From Candidatus Latescibacterota bacterium (lineage in GTDB: Bacteria; Latescibacterota; CBDCVA01): 64,000 bases of DNA. Position 1 is the first letter of the stretch, and every line of letters begins with the position of its first letter. The notes beneath the pieces were generated by a model that was given only the letters and a program-made list of their open reading frames with translations, was not told the origin of the DNA and did not search any database. This document shows, one piece after another, positions 54,689 to 64,000 of the stretch. A program made the position numbers and the translations under genes. The stretch lies in NCBI GenBank assembly GCA_965222935.1, contig CBDCVA010000001.1, positions 196,093-260,092 of the forward strand, given 5' to 3'.

Positions 54689-57061
54689 TTGATCGGATCA
54701 ACCGCCGCTGTACTGAGGCGTCTAGTAGGTGGGATGATTCGGCTCACCTCTGTGGCCCGCCGTGCGGCTCGGGTCATGTGCACGATAGTGCTTCTGCCCG
54801 CTCTGGCGAGCGCGGCATCCCTACCTCCCGATTCGCTGACCTATTCGGCCGAGCGCATCGAGTACAGCCCCACGACTCAGGAGATCGTCCTGACTGGCGA
54901 CGCCAAGGCTGCGTTCGGACAGAGGGAGCTCGAGGCGGAGATCATTCGCTATGACGCCGGGACCAACGTCCTCTACGCGGCGGGTGTGCCCGATACCTCC
55001 GCCCCCGGGGGTCTGGCAGGAACGCCCATTTTCCGCGACGGTGAAGAGGTGCTCTACGGTGAGACCATGACCTACAACCTGACCACCCGGCGAGGCCAGG
55101 TGCGCAGGGCGCGTACCACGTTCCAGGATGGCTTCTACCGCGGCGACCACATCGAGAGAGAGGCTGAGGACGTTCTCAACGTCGCCCGGGGTCGTTACAC
55201 CACCTGCGATCTCGAAACCGCGCCCCACTATCATTTCGACACGGACGCGATGAAGGTCATCAAGGAGCGAATTGCCGTCGCGCGATCGGTGACTATGTAC
55301 ATCAGAAAGGTGCCCATTCTGTGGCTGCCGTTTTTCGTCTTCTCTATCGAGCCGGGCCGGCATTCGGGCCTACTCGTTCCCCGCATAGGTTCCAGTTCGC
55401 GCGACGGACGCTACGCCCAGAACCTCGGTTACTATTTCGCGCCCAGCGACCGCTGGGACCTCCTGGTACGCGGGCGCCTCCGCGAGCGCGCGGGCTTTCT
55501 CTTCGAGGGGGATTTCCGCTATGCCCTGCGCTACAGAATGGGCGGCGCCATCGGCGGCTCCTTCGAACGCGAGTCCAGGGCCGGCGCTGCCCGGCGCAGT
55601 CGCTGGGATTTCAACTGGCGTCACCATCAAGAGCTCGGGCAGCGCACCACGCTGAAGGCCAACGCCAATTTCGTCAGCGACAGGCGATTCTTCCGGGACA
55701 ACTCGGACGACCTCACCGTCCGCGCATCGCAGCAGATCCGGTCCGACCTCGCATTGGACCACCGGTGGCAGGACGGCGCGAGCCTGGAGGTGCGCCTGTC
55801 TCGCACCGAGCGCCTGGACCAGGACGACGTGAGCGAGATGCTGCCGTCAGTCGGTTTCCGTCTACCAGAGCGGACCCTACGTCGCGGTGCGGCAGCCGGG
55901 CGGATCGGTCGTGCTAGCCGCCCTGAAGGGCACGGTGGTTTTCTGGCCACGACCTATGTCCGCTACAATGCGCGCCTCGTCCACCAGAACGCGTTGCGGG
56001 CCGGTAGGCCTAACGAGCGTCGTGTCGCCCTCGACCACGTCGCGTTGCTGCGAAGTCCGCAGCGGCTCGGCGGCTGGCTTGACGTCTCCCCACGGGTCGA
56101 CCTGCGCGAGACCTGGTTCGACGAGGACCTGTCGAACCGGTGGCTGGTGCGGCGGGGCACTTTCGGCACCTCGCTCGGCTTGAGCACGACACTCTACGGC
56201 TTGTTCCGGGCGCAGCTTGGTCCCGTAAGCGCGTTGCGCCATGTCGTCCGCCCCTCGCTCTCCGTACGCTTCCGTCCCGGCTTCGGCAATCTTGATCGTT
56301 TCCCGACGGTGGGGAGCGTTGGAAGAGAGAGCGGCGCGCGCCAGTTTGCGCTCACGAGCCGGTTGGGCAACACGTTCCAGATCAAGCTGGGTGAGGGCAA
56401 GGCGGCGCGCAAGCTGGACCTGATAGAGATGGATTTCTCGCTGGGCTACGACTTCGAGAAAGCGCGCCGACGCCTCTCCAATCTGGGCGTCTCAGCGGCA
56501 GTCAAACCCTCGAGGGCTTTCGATATTCGCCTCCGGTCGTCTCACGATTTCTACCGCGATGAGACCACCGAGGCGCTGGGCTTTCCTCGGTTGACGAGCG
56601 TGACGATGACCACCTCGCTGACGGTCGGCGGGTCGGTGGGCAGCGGGTCGGCGCCATCCGCTTTCGGTGCGGGGCCGCGCGGGCTGAGCGAGGATCGGTC
56701 GTTGGGAGGGGGGCAGACCCGCGGCTCAAGACTCGCTTTGCGTCACCACTTGGGGATCAGGCGTAGGACCGACGGCTCGGAGCGCAGGCAATGGCTCGAA
56801 CCGGAGATCGCCTTGAGTCCGAGCACGAAATGGTGGTTCAGCTACCGAATGCACCTGACGCTGTCGGACCCGCGGAGCGATGGAATCGAGGTCAGCAACC
56901 CTGCGTTGAGCGCCCGCCGCGACCTGCATTGCTGGGAAGCGCGCTTCCGCTGGCGCCCAAGTGGCCCGCGGGAAGGTTACTACTTCGTGATCAATATTAA
57001 AGCGTTGCCGGACGTGAAGTTCGAGCACAAGCGTGGCATTGGGAGCGTCGGCCGTTTCTAG
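54689..57061 (+). CDS. lptD: LPS-assembly protein LptD (OstA-like N-domain plus beta-barrel)
   Basis: Signal peptide; N-terminal OstA-like domain (TYSAERIEYSPTTQEIVLTGDAKA...); long C-terminal barrel rich in aromatic/Gly beta-strand signature. Confidence 0.7.
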   Translation: MIGSTAAVLRRLVGGMIRLTSVARRAARVMCTIVLLPALASAASLPPDSLTYSAERIEYSPTTQEIVLTGDAKAAFGQRELEAEIIRYDAGTNVLYAAGVPDTSAPGGLAGTPIFRDGEEVLYGETMTYNLTTRRGQVRRARTTFQDGFYRGDHIEREAEDVLNVARGRYTTCDLETAPHYHFDTDAMKVIKERIAVARSVTMYIRKVPILWLPFFVFSIEPGRHSGLLVPRIGSSSRDGRYAQNLGYYFAPSDRWDLLVRGRLRERAGFLFEGDFRYALRYRMGGAIGGSFERESRAGAARRSRWDFNWRHHQELGQRTTLKANANFVSDRRFFRDNSDDLTVRASQQIRSDLALDHRWQDGASLEVRLSRTERLDQDDVSEMLPSVGFRLPERTLRRGAAAGRIGRASRPEGHGGFLATTYVRYNARLVHQNALRAGRPNERRVALDHVALLRSPQRLGGWLDVSPRVDLRETWFDEDLSNRWLVRRGTFGTSLGLSTTLYGLFRAQLGPVSALRHVVRPSLSVRFRPGFGNLDRFPTVGSVGRESGARQFALTSRLGNTFQIKLGEGKAARKLDLIEMDFSLGYDFEKARRRLSNLGVSAAVKPSRAFDIRLRSSHDFYRDETTEALGFPRLTSVTMTTSLTVGGSVGSGSAPSAFGAGPRGLSEDRSLGGGQTRGSRLALRHHLGIRRRTDGSERRQWLEPEIALSPSTKWWFSYRMHLTLSDPRSDGIEVSNPALSARRDLHCWEARFRWRPSGPREGYYFVINIKALPDVKFEHKRGIGSVGRF

Positions 57062-57100
57062 CGTGGCGTCAGAAAATCTCACGCTAAGCCCCAAAAGGTG

Positions 57101-57130
57101 TTGACAAGACGGCGCCGCATGGCTTTTAAT
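57101..57130 (+). promoter_or_regulatory. Candidate promoter for hup (TTGACA-18nt-TTTAAT) with strong SD AAAGGAGAGGAGAG
   Basis: Seen in sequence upstream of the HU start. Confidence 0.35.
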
Positions 57131-57173
57131 AGTGGGAAGTGCATATAGTTCACTCCGGGAAAGGAGAGGAGAG

Positions 57174-57446
57174 ATGACGAGAGACGACGTCATCGCCCAC
57201 GCTGCTGAAGATGCTGGGATTCCCAAGACACAGGCTGCCGCCGTTCTTAGCTCGGTCCTCGACAGCATCAGCGATGCGCTGAAGGAGGGCGACAAGGTAA
57301 CCTTCGTGGGTTTTGGTGCCTTCTCGGTGAGCCAGCGTGCGGCGCGAATGGGCCGTAATCCGCAGAGCGGGGCTTCGATCCAGATTCCCGCATCCCGTGT
57401 GCCGAGGTTCAAGGCGGGGAAGAGGCTCAAGTCGGCTGTGCAATGA
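57174..57446 (+). CDS. hup: DNA-binding protein HU
   Basis: 90 aa from MTRDDVIAHAAEDAGIPKTQAAAVL..., with the HU/IHF arm motif GRNPQSGASIQIPA; the track ORF has a 14-aa extension. Confidence 0.85.
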   Translation: MTRDDVIAHAAEDAGIPKTQAAAVLSSVLDSISDALKEGDKVTFVGFGAFSVSQRAARMGRNPQSGASIQIPASRVPRFKAGKRLKSAVQ

Positions 57447-57526
57447 GTGAAGCCTTTGGCGTCGACGCTGAACCTCAAAGGGTCACACCAGCAACGACGT
57501 CACGGGTCACGCATTCAGTTGAAGTA

Positions 57527-57562
57527 CAGGGCAGGGGGCGTCCGCTCCCTGCCCCGCATTTT
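57527..57562 (+). terminator. Rho-independent terminator after hup
   Basis: Stem gggcaggg/ccctgccc with a 10-nt loop, followed by cgcatttt. Confidence 0.55.
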
Positions 57563-57582
57563 GGCCCGCACCGGCGGGTTGG

Positions 57583-58044
57583 GTGGCGAGCGCCATCGTT
57601 GTCCTGTTGCAGCGCGTGAGCCACGCCGCCGTCGGTGGCGCAGAGTTGCCGAGGCGGGCAATCGGTCCCGGCTTGGTACTGCTCGCTGGAGTAGAGCAGG
57701 GTGACGATGCTCGAGAGGCGGAGCAGGTCGCGCGAAAATGTCTGGCGCTGCGGGTCTTCGATGACGACGATGGTAAGATGAACCTGTCGGTTGTTGACGT
57801 CCGTGGGGCGATGCTGGCTGTGGCCCAGTTCACCCTCTGCGCTGACACGACCCGCGGGCGTCGCCCCTCGTTCACGCGCGCTGCGCCGCCGAACAATGCT
57901 CGGGCGTGCTTCAATGCTTTCGTCGGGAGGTTGCGGGCTTCGGGACTTGATGTCCTTACGGGCTTCTTTGGCGAGCGGCAACTCGTTGAGATCGCCAACG
58001 ACGGTCCGGTGACGCTTCTCGTGCATAGCGGTGAGCGAACGTAG
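57583..58044 (+). CDS. dtd: D-aminoacyl-tRNA deacylase
   Basis: Dtd family conservation (LLQRV, GPGLVLLAGV, SQFTL, NDGPVTL). The antisense 183-aa track ORF is rejected. Confidence 0.8.
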   Translation: MASAIVVLLQRVSHAAVGGAELPRRAIGPGLVLLAGVEQGDDAREAEQVARKCLALRVFDDDDGKMNLSVVDVRGAMLAVAQFTLCADTTRGRRPSFTRAAPPNNARACFNAFVGRLRASGLDVLTGFFGERQLVEIANDGPVTLLVHSGERT

Positions 58045-58727
58045 ACGCGTCGTAAGACGCCGTCCTGAGTCCGTCGAAGGCCGCTGCCCTCGATTGATCC
58101 TCGCCTCGAGCTCTCCCAGGCGCTCGGCTCTCCTCGCTCAGTTGGGCTTAGTCTTCGATGTGATCTCTCCCTCGGTCGTTGAACCCGATCTGAGGGGCGC
58201 GGATCCCGTGGAGTTGGCGCGCGCGAGCGCGTGTGAAGCTGGCCTCGGTAGCGCCGCTTGCAGGGGAGGGGCTGCTTGTCAGCGCTGACACCATCGTGGT
58301 CCTTGGGGATGACGTGCTGGGCAAGCCAGACGGACCCGAGGACGCACGCGTCATGCTGCGCCGGCTTGCGGGAGGGACACACGACGTGCTGACCGCCGTC
58401 GCGGTCTGTGACACGGTTCGCGCGCGTGGTTTGCGTGGTTTGGTGGAGGTCGAGCGGACCCGCGTCACCTTACGTGCGATGAACGATGTGGAGATCGCCT
58501 GGTATGTCAACACCGGCGAGCCGATGGACAAAGCGGGGGCGTACGCGGCCCAGGGCCTCGGCGCGCTCTTCATCACCGAGTTTCAAGGCTGCTTTTACAA
58601 TGTGGTCGGGCTACCCCTCGTACGGCTGGCTTCGATGACCGCCAGGCTCGGTCAGCCCCTTCTGAGTTTCTGCCCTCCGGGCTATAGGGTTCGTGAACCC
58701 TCCGGTTCCTCGCTTGATTCGAGTTGA
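58031..58727 (+). pseudogene. maf: Maf-like nucleoside triphosphate pyrophosphatase with apparent frameshift near 58265
   Basis: N-terminal half in one frame (LILASSSPRRSALLAQLGL...ELARASACEAGLGSAA), C-terminal half in the +1 frame (PLAGEGLLVSADTIVVLGDD...GEPMDKAGAYAAQGLGALFI...VVGLPL). Either a real disruption or a sequencing indel. Confidence 0.55.
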
Positions 58728-61182
58728 CCGCCCCGAGGTCGGGACGACGAAGGCTCTGGTGGCCGTCGCGGTGGCGGGTCCGGTGCCTGAGCCCCTGACC
58801 TACCGCGTCCCCGCTTCCCTCCAGCCCGCGCCGCAACCGGGCTCGCGTATACTGGTGCCGCTAGGCCCGAGGACCGTCACGGGCTTCGTCGTCGATTGCC
58901 CCCAGACCCCGCCGCCGGGGGAACTTCGAGATGTGGTGCGGGTCCTCGACCCATCGCCTCTCTTGGGTCCCGAGCTTCTGCAGCTCACCCGTTGGGTGGC
59001 GGGTTACTACGGGTGCGCCTGGGGCGAAGTCCTTGCGGCCGCCACGCCCGGCGGCTTCACGCCCGCGAGCGTGCGCCGGCTTCGCCTGGTTGTCCCGTTG
59101 AATGACGCTGCCCGCAAAGCATTGCGAAACCGCGCGCCGGTCCAGGCGGCGCTCGTCGAGGCGCTCGTCGAGGGCCGTGCCGTGAGCTTGAGCCATCTTA
59201 GGCGCCGCTTGCGCCGGCGTCGCCTCGATGGCGCGATCCGGTCTCTCCTCGCCGCTGGCGTGATCGAGGAGGTCGGCGAGCAGCCTCCGGTTGGTCCCCT
59301 GGACCACGGTGTACGGGTGGCGACGCTTGTGGCTGCCGCTGGGTCGCGCGGCCAGATGCGTGGGCCAAAGCAGCGCGCACTGCTCGATGCGCTAGAAGAG
59401 GCTGGCGGCGAGGTGGCCGTTACCGTGCTGCTCGAGGCGACCAATAGCTCCGAGGCGCCGCTTCGGGCGCTTGTGAAGCGGGGTGCGGTCCGGTTGATGA
59501 GGGTGCCGGAGCCGCCCAGGATGGAGCGCTACACCGTTCCTGGCTCCGCTGCGCCTCAAGAGCTCACGCTGGCGCAAGAGATCGCCTCAGGGCGCATCCG
59601 CCAGGTCTTGGACCAACGGACGTTCAGCACCATCTTGCTCCACGGTGTGACCGGCAGCGGCAAGACGGCCGTCTACCTTCGGGCGATCGGCGTCGTGCTG
59701 GCTCAGGGACGAAGCGCGATCTTCCTGGCGCCGGAGATTGCGCTCACGTCGCAGCTCGCCGGAGCGGTGCGGGCACGCTTCGGAGAAGTCGTGACGCTTC
59801 TGCACAGCGGGATGGCCTCCGCTGAGCGGGCGGCGGCCTGGCGCGCTTTGGGGGGCGGGGGTCCAGCCGTGGTGGTCGGTCCTAGGTCGGCCGTCTTCGC
59901 CCCTGTGGGTGCGCTGGGGCTGATCGTCGTGGACGAGGAGCAGGACGGCTCGTACAAACAGGAGGCGCCGGACCCCAAGTACAATGCCCGCGATGTCGCG
60001 GCCGTCCGCGCCCGCGATGCTGGAGCGGTGCTGCTTCTCGGCTCGGCCACGCCCGGTCTGGAGACTTTCTGGCGCAGCCAGGAGGGGCGCGTCGAGCGGC
60101 TGGAGTTGCCCGAGCGGGTGGACGGGCGCTCACTACCGGAGGTGGTCGTCGTGGATATGCGAGCCGAGCGGCGGCGCGGTAATCGTGGTCTTCTGTCCGA
60201 ACGCCTACGGACGGCGCTCGTCGAGCACTTGGGCCGCGGCGAGCAGGCGATCGTGCTCCAGAACCGCCGGGGCTACTGTCCCGCGCTGACCTGCATCGAC
60301 TGCGGGTGGGCCCAGAACTGCGCGCACTGCCAGGTACGGCTCGTCTACCATCGGAGCCTCCTGCAGCTCATCTGCCACTACTGCGGTTACACCCAGCGCC
60401 CACCGGCGGTCTGCCCGCTCTGCCAGGGTCGGGAACTGGTCCTCAGGGGTGCTGGAACCGAGCGCGTCATGGAGGCCCTGCGCGAGGTGGTTCCCGAAGC
60501 GCGCGTGGTGCGGATGGATGTGGATACGACGCGCCGCACAGGCGCCCACGCCCGCATTCTCAGGGCTTTCGCGGCGGGAGAGTACGACATTCTCTTGGGA
60601 ACGCAGATGGTGGCCAAAGGTCTAGATTTCCCCGAGGTGACCCTCGTGGGCGTCGTTGAGGCGGATGTGGGCCTGCACCTGCCCGATTTCCGCGCGGGCG
60701 AGCGTACCTTTCAGCTTCTCACACAAGTGGCGGGCCGCGCGGGCCGGGGTGAGGTTCCCGGGGCGGTGATCGTCCAGACCTACCAGCCCGAGCACCCTTC
60801 GATCGTCGCGGCCCGAACACATGACTATCTGGGCTTCGCTAAGGCCGAGTTGGCCTTCCGCCGCGAGCTGAGCTACCCGCCCTTTGGGCGTCTGGTAACG
60901 CTGCTCCTACGCGGGCGGGACGAGGCGGCGGTCGAGCGTGCCGCCATGGGTGTCGTCCGGGCATTGGAACCGGCGCTCGGGGGGATCGGCGATGTCCTGG
61001 GGCCTTCGCGAGCGGCCATCGCCAAGATCCGCGACCGCTATCGCTGGCGCGTGCTGCTCAAGGGCTCTAGCACGGTCCGTCTGGTGAACGCGTGGCGGGC
61101 GGTCTGGCCGCAGATCCGCTCTGCAGTGACGGGGGATGGAGTCGATGTTGACGTGGATGTGGATCCGTTTTCGTTGCTTTGA
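58693..61182 (+). CDS. priA: Primosomal protein N' (replication restart helicase PriA)
   Basis: Walker A VTGSGKT, DEEQ box, Cys4 zinc-binding insert (CIDCGWAQNCAHC...CHYCGY...CPLCQG), C-terminal domain. Confidence 0.85.
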   Translation: MNPPVPRLIRVDRPEVGTTKALVAVAVAGPVPEPLTYRVPASLQPAPQPGSRILVPLGPRTVTGFVVDCPQTPPPGELRDVVRVLDPSPLLGPELLQLTRWVAGYYGCAWGEVLAAATPGGFTPASVRRLRLVVPLNDAARKALRNRAPVQAALVEALVEGRAVSLSHLRRRLRRRRLDGAIRSLLAAGVIEEVGEQPPVGPLDHGVRVATLVAAAGSRGQMRGPKQRALLDALEEAGGEVAVTVLLEATNSSEAPLRALVKRGAVRLMRVPEPPRMERYTVPGSAAPQELTLAQEIASGRIRQVLDQRTFSTILLHGVTGSGKTAVYLRAIGVVLAQGRSAIFLAPEIALTSQLAGAVRARFGEVVTLLHSGMASAERAAAWRALGGGGPAVVVGPRSAVFAPVGALGLIVVDEEQDGSYKQEAPDPKYNARDVAAVRARDAGAVLLLGSATPGLETFWRSQEGRVERLELPERVDGRSLPEVVVVDMRAERRRGNRGLLSERLRTALVEHLGRGEQAIVLQNRRGYCPALTCIDCGWAQNCAHCQVRLVYHRSLLQLICHYCGYTQRPPAVCPLCQGRELVLRGAGTERVMEALREVVPEARVVRMDVDTTRRTGAHARILRAFAAGEYDILLGTQMVAKGLDFPEVTLVGVVEADVGLHLPDFRAGERTFQLLTQVAGRAGRGEVPGAVIVQTYQPEHPSIVAARTHDYLGFAKAELAFRRELSYPPFGRLVTLLLRGRDEAAVERAAMGVVRALEPALGGIGDVLGPSRAAIAKIRDRYRWRVLLKGSSTVRLVNAWRAVWPQIRSAVTGDGVDVDVDVDPFSLL

Positions 61183-62099
61183 TGGATGGGCTTGCACCGC
61201 CTTCGGAGGCTTGCCAGGCCATGACTACCGAAATGAACGCCGTGCCGACCCGGTACGAGCACGCTGAACGCAGCTTCGTCGCGAAGCTGGCGGCTGCCGT
61301 CAACGGACGCCGTTCCTGGCTCTGCGTGGGCCTCGACCTCGACCCCGCGAGACTGCCGCCGGACTTTTCCGCCGATGCCGCTGGGGTCCAGGCGTGCGCT
61401 AGGGCGATCATCGAGGCGACGGGCGATCTGGCTTGCTCCTACAAACCGAACGCCGCGTTCTACGAGGCGATGGGCATAAGGGGCCTCGAAGCGCTTATGG
61501 CGATCATTGAAACGGTGCCGGACGACGTGCCGGTCATCCTCGATGCCAAGCGCGGCGACATCGCCGAGACATCGGAGCGCTATGCCCGGGCGTGCTTCGA
61601 CTGGCTGGGGGCCGACGCCGTCACGGTCAGCCCCTACCTCGGTGGAGGGGCCATAGCGCCCTTTTTCGCATGGCCTGATAAAGCGGCCTTCGTCCTGTGC
61701 GCTACGTCTAACCCGGGGGCGGTTGATTTCCAGACGCATGCGACTGATGGCGGGCCGCTCTACCTTGCGGTGGCCAGACGCGCCTGCACCTGGGCCCCCC
61801 CGGAGCGCTGCGGCCTGATCGTGGGCGCACGTGATCCCCGGATCATTGCAGACGTGCGGGCCGTAGCTCCCGACCGGACCTTCCTCGTCCCCGGCGTTGG
61901 GGCGCAAGGCGGCGATCTGTCAGCCGCAGTCGGTGCGGCATGGAGCCAAGCGGCCGCCGTGCCCTTGATCGTCAACGTGGGCCGCGGCATCACTCACCAC
62001 GATGGGTGCGGTGATTACACCGAGGGCGTCCGTAGGCGCGCGGAGGTTTTTCTTGAACGAATTCGAGCGGCCGTGGAGGTCCGCCGCGATCCGTCCTAG
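61179..62099 (+). CDS. pyrF: Orotidine 5'-phosphate decarboxylase (type 2)
   Basis: Type-2 OMPdecase pattern (LCVGLDLDP, ILDAKRGDI); the real start may be an internal Met (MTTEMN). Confidence 0.75.
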   Translation: MMDGLAPPSEACQAMTTEMNAVPTRYEHAERSFVAKLAAAVNGRRSWLCVGLDLDPARLPPDFSADAAGVQACARAIIEATGDLACSYKPNAAFYEAMGIRGLEALMAIIETVPDDVPVILDAKRGDIAETSERYARACFDWLGADAVTVSPYLGGGAIAPFFAWPDKAAFVLCATSNPGAVDFQTHATDGGPLYLAVARRACTWAPPERCGLIVGARDPRIIADVRAVAPDRTFLVPGVGAQGGDLSAAVGAAWSQAAAVPLIVNVGRGITHHDGCGDYTEGVRRRAEVFLERIRAAVEVRRDPS

Positions 62100-62124
62100 T
62101 CCCTCGTCTGGGGGAAAGCTCCCG

Positions 62125-62913
62125 ATGCGTGTATGCATCCTCGGCAGCGGCAGCTCAGGAAACGCGATCTACGTCAGCTCAGGCGCCACCCAGGTCCTGG
62201 TGGATGCCGGCTTCTCCGCGCGCGAGTTGACGCGCCGGCTGACGCTCGTGGGGGTTGATCCCCACGCCATCGAGGCCATCCTGGTCACACATGAGCACCA
62301 GGATCACGTGCGGGGTCTCGGGCCTTTCGCCAGGCGGGTCGGCGCGAGCGTCTTTCTCACGGCGGGCACCCTCGGCGCGTTGGCTCAATCCAGGGCGTCG
62401 CTTGACGGCGTCGCGAACATCGTGACCATCGAGCGCAGCGCCGCCTTTCGCGTGGGGGATCTCGCGATCGAGGCCTTTCCCGTCCCGCACGACGTCGCCG
62501 ACCCCGTCCAGTACGTCTTGGGAGATGGGGGATCGACCGTTGCCATCGCCCTGGATCTGGGCTATCCCTCCCAACTGGTACGCGAGCGGCTCCGAGGCGC
62601 CCACTTGGTGGTCCTCGAAGCGAACTATGACGAGGTGCTCCTGCTCGGCGGCCACTATCCCCCCGAGGTCAAGCAGCGGGTTCGTAGCCGTACCGGCCAC
62701 CTCTCGAACCGCGACGCCGCCGAGCTGGTGGCCGATCTGGCCGCCGACGGCGTACGCCGGGTCGTTCTGGGGCATTTGAGCGCCGATAACAACGCGCCCT
62801 TGCTTGCCGTAGGGGCGTGCATAGCAGCCCTCAAAGCCCGGGGCGTCACGGGCGTGGATGTCGTCTCCGCCATGCAAAATCGCCCCACGGCGATGTTCGT
62901 CCTCGAAACGTAG
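62125..62913 (+). CDS. MBL-fold metallo-hydrolase (YycJ/PhnP-like)
   Basis: Start MRVCILGSGSSGN at 62125; HEHQDH motif. Confidence 0.7.
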   Translation: MRVCILGSGSSGNAIYVSSGATQVLVDAGFSARELTRRLTLVGVDPHAIEAILVTHEHQDHVRGLGPFARRVGASVFLTAGTLGALAQSRASLDGVANIVTIERSAAFRVGDLAIEAFPVPHDVADPVQYVLGDGGSTVAIALDLGYPSQLVRERLRGAHLVVLEANYDEVLLLGGHYPPEVKQRVRSRTGHLSNRDAAELVADLAADGVRRVVLGHLSADNNAPLLAVGACIAALKARGVTGVDVVSAMQNRPTAMFVLET

Positions 62914-62979
62914 CCCAGTCCGTGAATTCCACCTCTGACCGATCCGAGTGCTGGATCCAGGCGAATCCCTGGAGGTTCG

Positions 62980-63684
62980 ATGCTTGAAGACATCGTGGTG
63001 GTCGGTACCCTCATTGTCCTGGAGGGGTTGCTATCCGCCGACAACGCCCTCGTGCTGGCCGTTCTGGTCGGCCGTCTGCCTAAACATCAGCAGCAGAAAG
63101 CTCTGCTCTACGGCATCGCGGGGGCCTTCGTCTTTCGGTTTGCGGCGCTCGCCACGGTTAAGTTTCTCCTCCAATCCTGGTACTTACGAGCCGCTGGAGG
63201 CGGCTATTTGGCGTACCTGGCCGTCGCCCATTTTGTGCGGAAGCACAAGGCTTCGCGTAAGGCGGAGAGCGTTGAGGGCAACGTCGGCTTCTGGAGAACG
63301 GTCTTCGTCGTCGAGATGACGGATATAGCCTTCGCCGTGGATTCCATCCTGGCCGCCGTCGGTGTGTCCAACAAGCTCTGGGTCATCTACACGGGGGGCA
63401 TTCTGGGCGTCATCACGATGCGCTTTGTGGCGGGTTTCTTCATCCGTCTGCTCGAAAAGCTGCCCAAGCTGGAGGCGACGGCTTACCTGCTCATCGGGTG
63501 GATCGCGGTGAAGCTCCTGCTCGAAGCCTACGAGGTTGGTTTCCTCGTTCACGAGGGCCCCTCGGAACCGGAGCACCTCTTGCCGCACTGGTTGTTCTGG
63601 ACGGTGCTGTTCGCCATCTCCGCGGGGGGTGTCTTGCTCTCGTACAGGGCCAAGAATGACCGCGGCGACGTTCGTGGGCCTTAG
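62980..63684 (+). CDS. TerC family integral membrane protein
   Basis: TerC/YkoY-like pattern (LSADNALVLAVL ... DIAFAVDSI). Confidence 0.8.
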   Translation: MLEDIVVVGTLIVLEGLLSADNALVLAVLVGRLPKHQQQKALLYGIAGAFVFRFAALATVKFLLQSWYLRAAGGGYLAYLAVAHFVRKHKASRKAESVEGNVGFWRTVFVVEMTDIAFAVDSILAAVGVSNKLWVIYTGGILGVITMRFVAGFFIRLLEKLPKLEATAYLLIGWIAVKLLLEAYEVGFLVHEGPSEPEHLLPHWLFWTVLFAISAGGVLLSYRAKNDRGDVRGP

Positions 63685-63861
63685 CCGGATGATGTCTGTC
63701 GCCGGTCCCGGTGAACGGAGGGCTTCGGCCCTAGCTGTTCCACGGAGGGCAAAGGGGTTGACACTCTTAGGGCTAGAGACGTAGATTCATTGATCTAGGA
63801 GCCGATCAGATTGATCGTTGATGCCCCTCCGGTGGGAGGCGCATGCCGTGGAGGCGAACCC

Positions 63862-64000
63862 GTGTTCAAGGTCAGTTGCGCGGTGAAGATACTTGCGACT
63901 GTACTGCTTGTCGCGGCCACCGCGATGGTCGCGCAAGCTCAGACAGTGCGCGATCTGCTCGAACGAGAGACGCAGCAGAAGGCTAAAGCCTCTGGACCCC
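63862..64000 (+). CDS. Putative secreted protein, N-terminal fragment; gene continues beyond window end
   Basis: GTG-initiated VFKVSCAVKILATVLLVAATAMVAQAQ signal peptide; weak promoter-like TTGACA at ~63758 upstream. Confidence 0.3.
   Translation, partial: MFKVSCAVKILATVLLVAATAMVAQAQTVRDLLERETQQKAKASGP

Noticed and set aside
57475-58026. 183-aa minus-strand ORF in the dtd region
   Set aside because: The opposite strand encodes a clearly recognisable D-aminoacyl-tRNA deacylase; the minus ORF is an antisense artefact.

Overview
High-GC (~68%) chromosomal segment of a diderm (Gram-negative-type) bacterium; LptD, an Omp85-type barrel, a BamB-like propeller and lipoproteins are all present. Core housekeeping blocks are hflX; uppS-cdsA-dxr-rseP; a near-complete mraZ-to-ftsZ division/cell-wall (dcw) cluster that lacks murE, murD and ddl; rpmB; and hup-dtd-maf-priA-pyrF. 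Three accessory blocks stand out. (i) A translationally coupled module of a dockerin-bearing secreted HEXXH metalloprotease, a cohesin-domain lipoprotein and a 934-aa outer-membrane protein that fuses a HEXXH peptidase-like domain, a PD40/TolB-like propeller and an Omp85-type barrel. (ii) A minus-strand acyl-CoA block (PaaK-like ligase, GctA/GctB-like CoA-transferase, MBL hydrolase) next to a tRNA-Val, plus two tandem 2-oxoacid:ferredoxin oxidoreductase gene pairs. (iii) A ~6.6-kb segment bracketed by 60-bp direct repeats that holds degenerate type I-E-like CRISPR repeats, an internal cas3-like fragment, an orphan TRAP binding protein, a ProVWX-type glycine-betaine ABC transporter and a SAM methyltransferase. 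I read block (iii) as a decayed CRISPR-Cas locus overwritten by osmoprotectant cargo. Many long ORFs in the six-frame track are antisense artefacts of the high GC content. The track also prints GTG and TTG starts as M.
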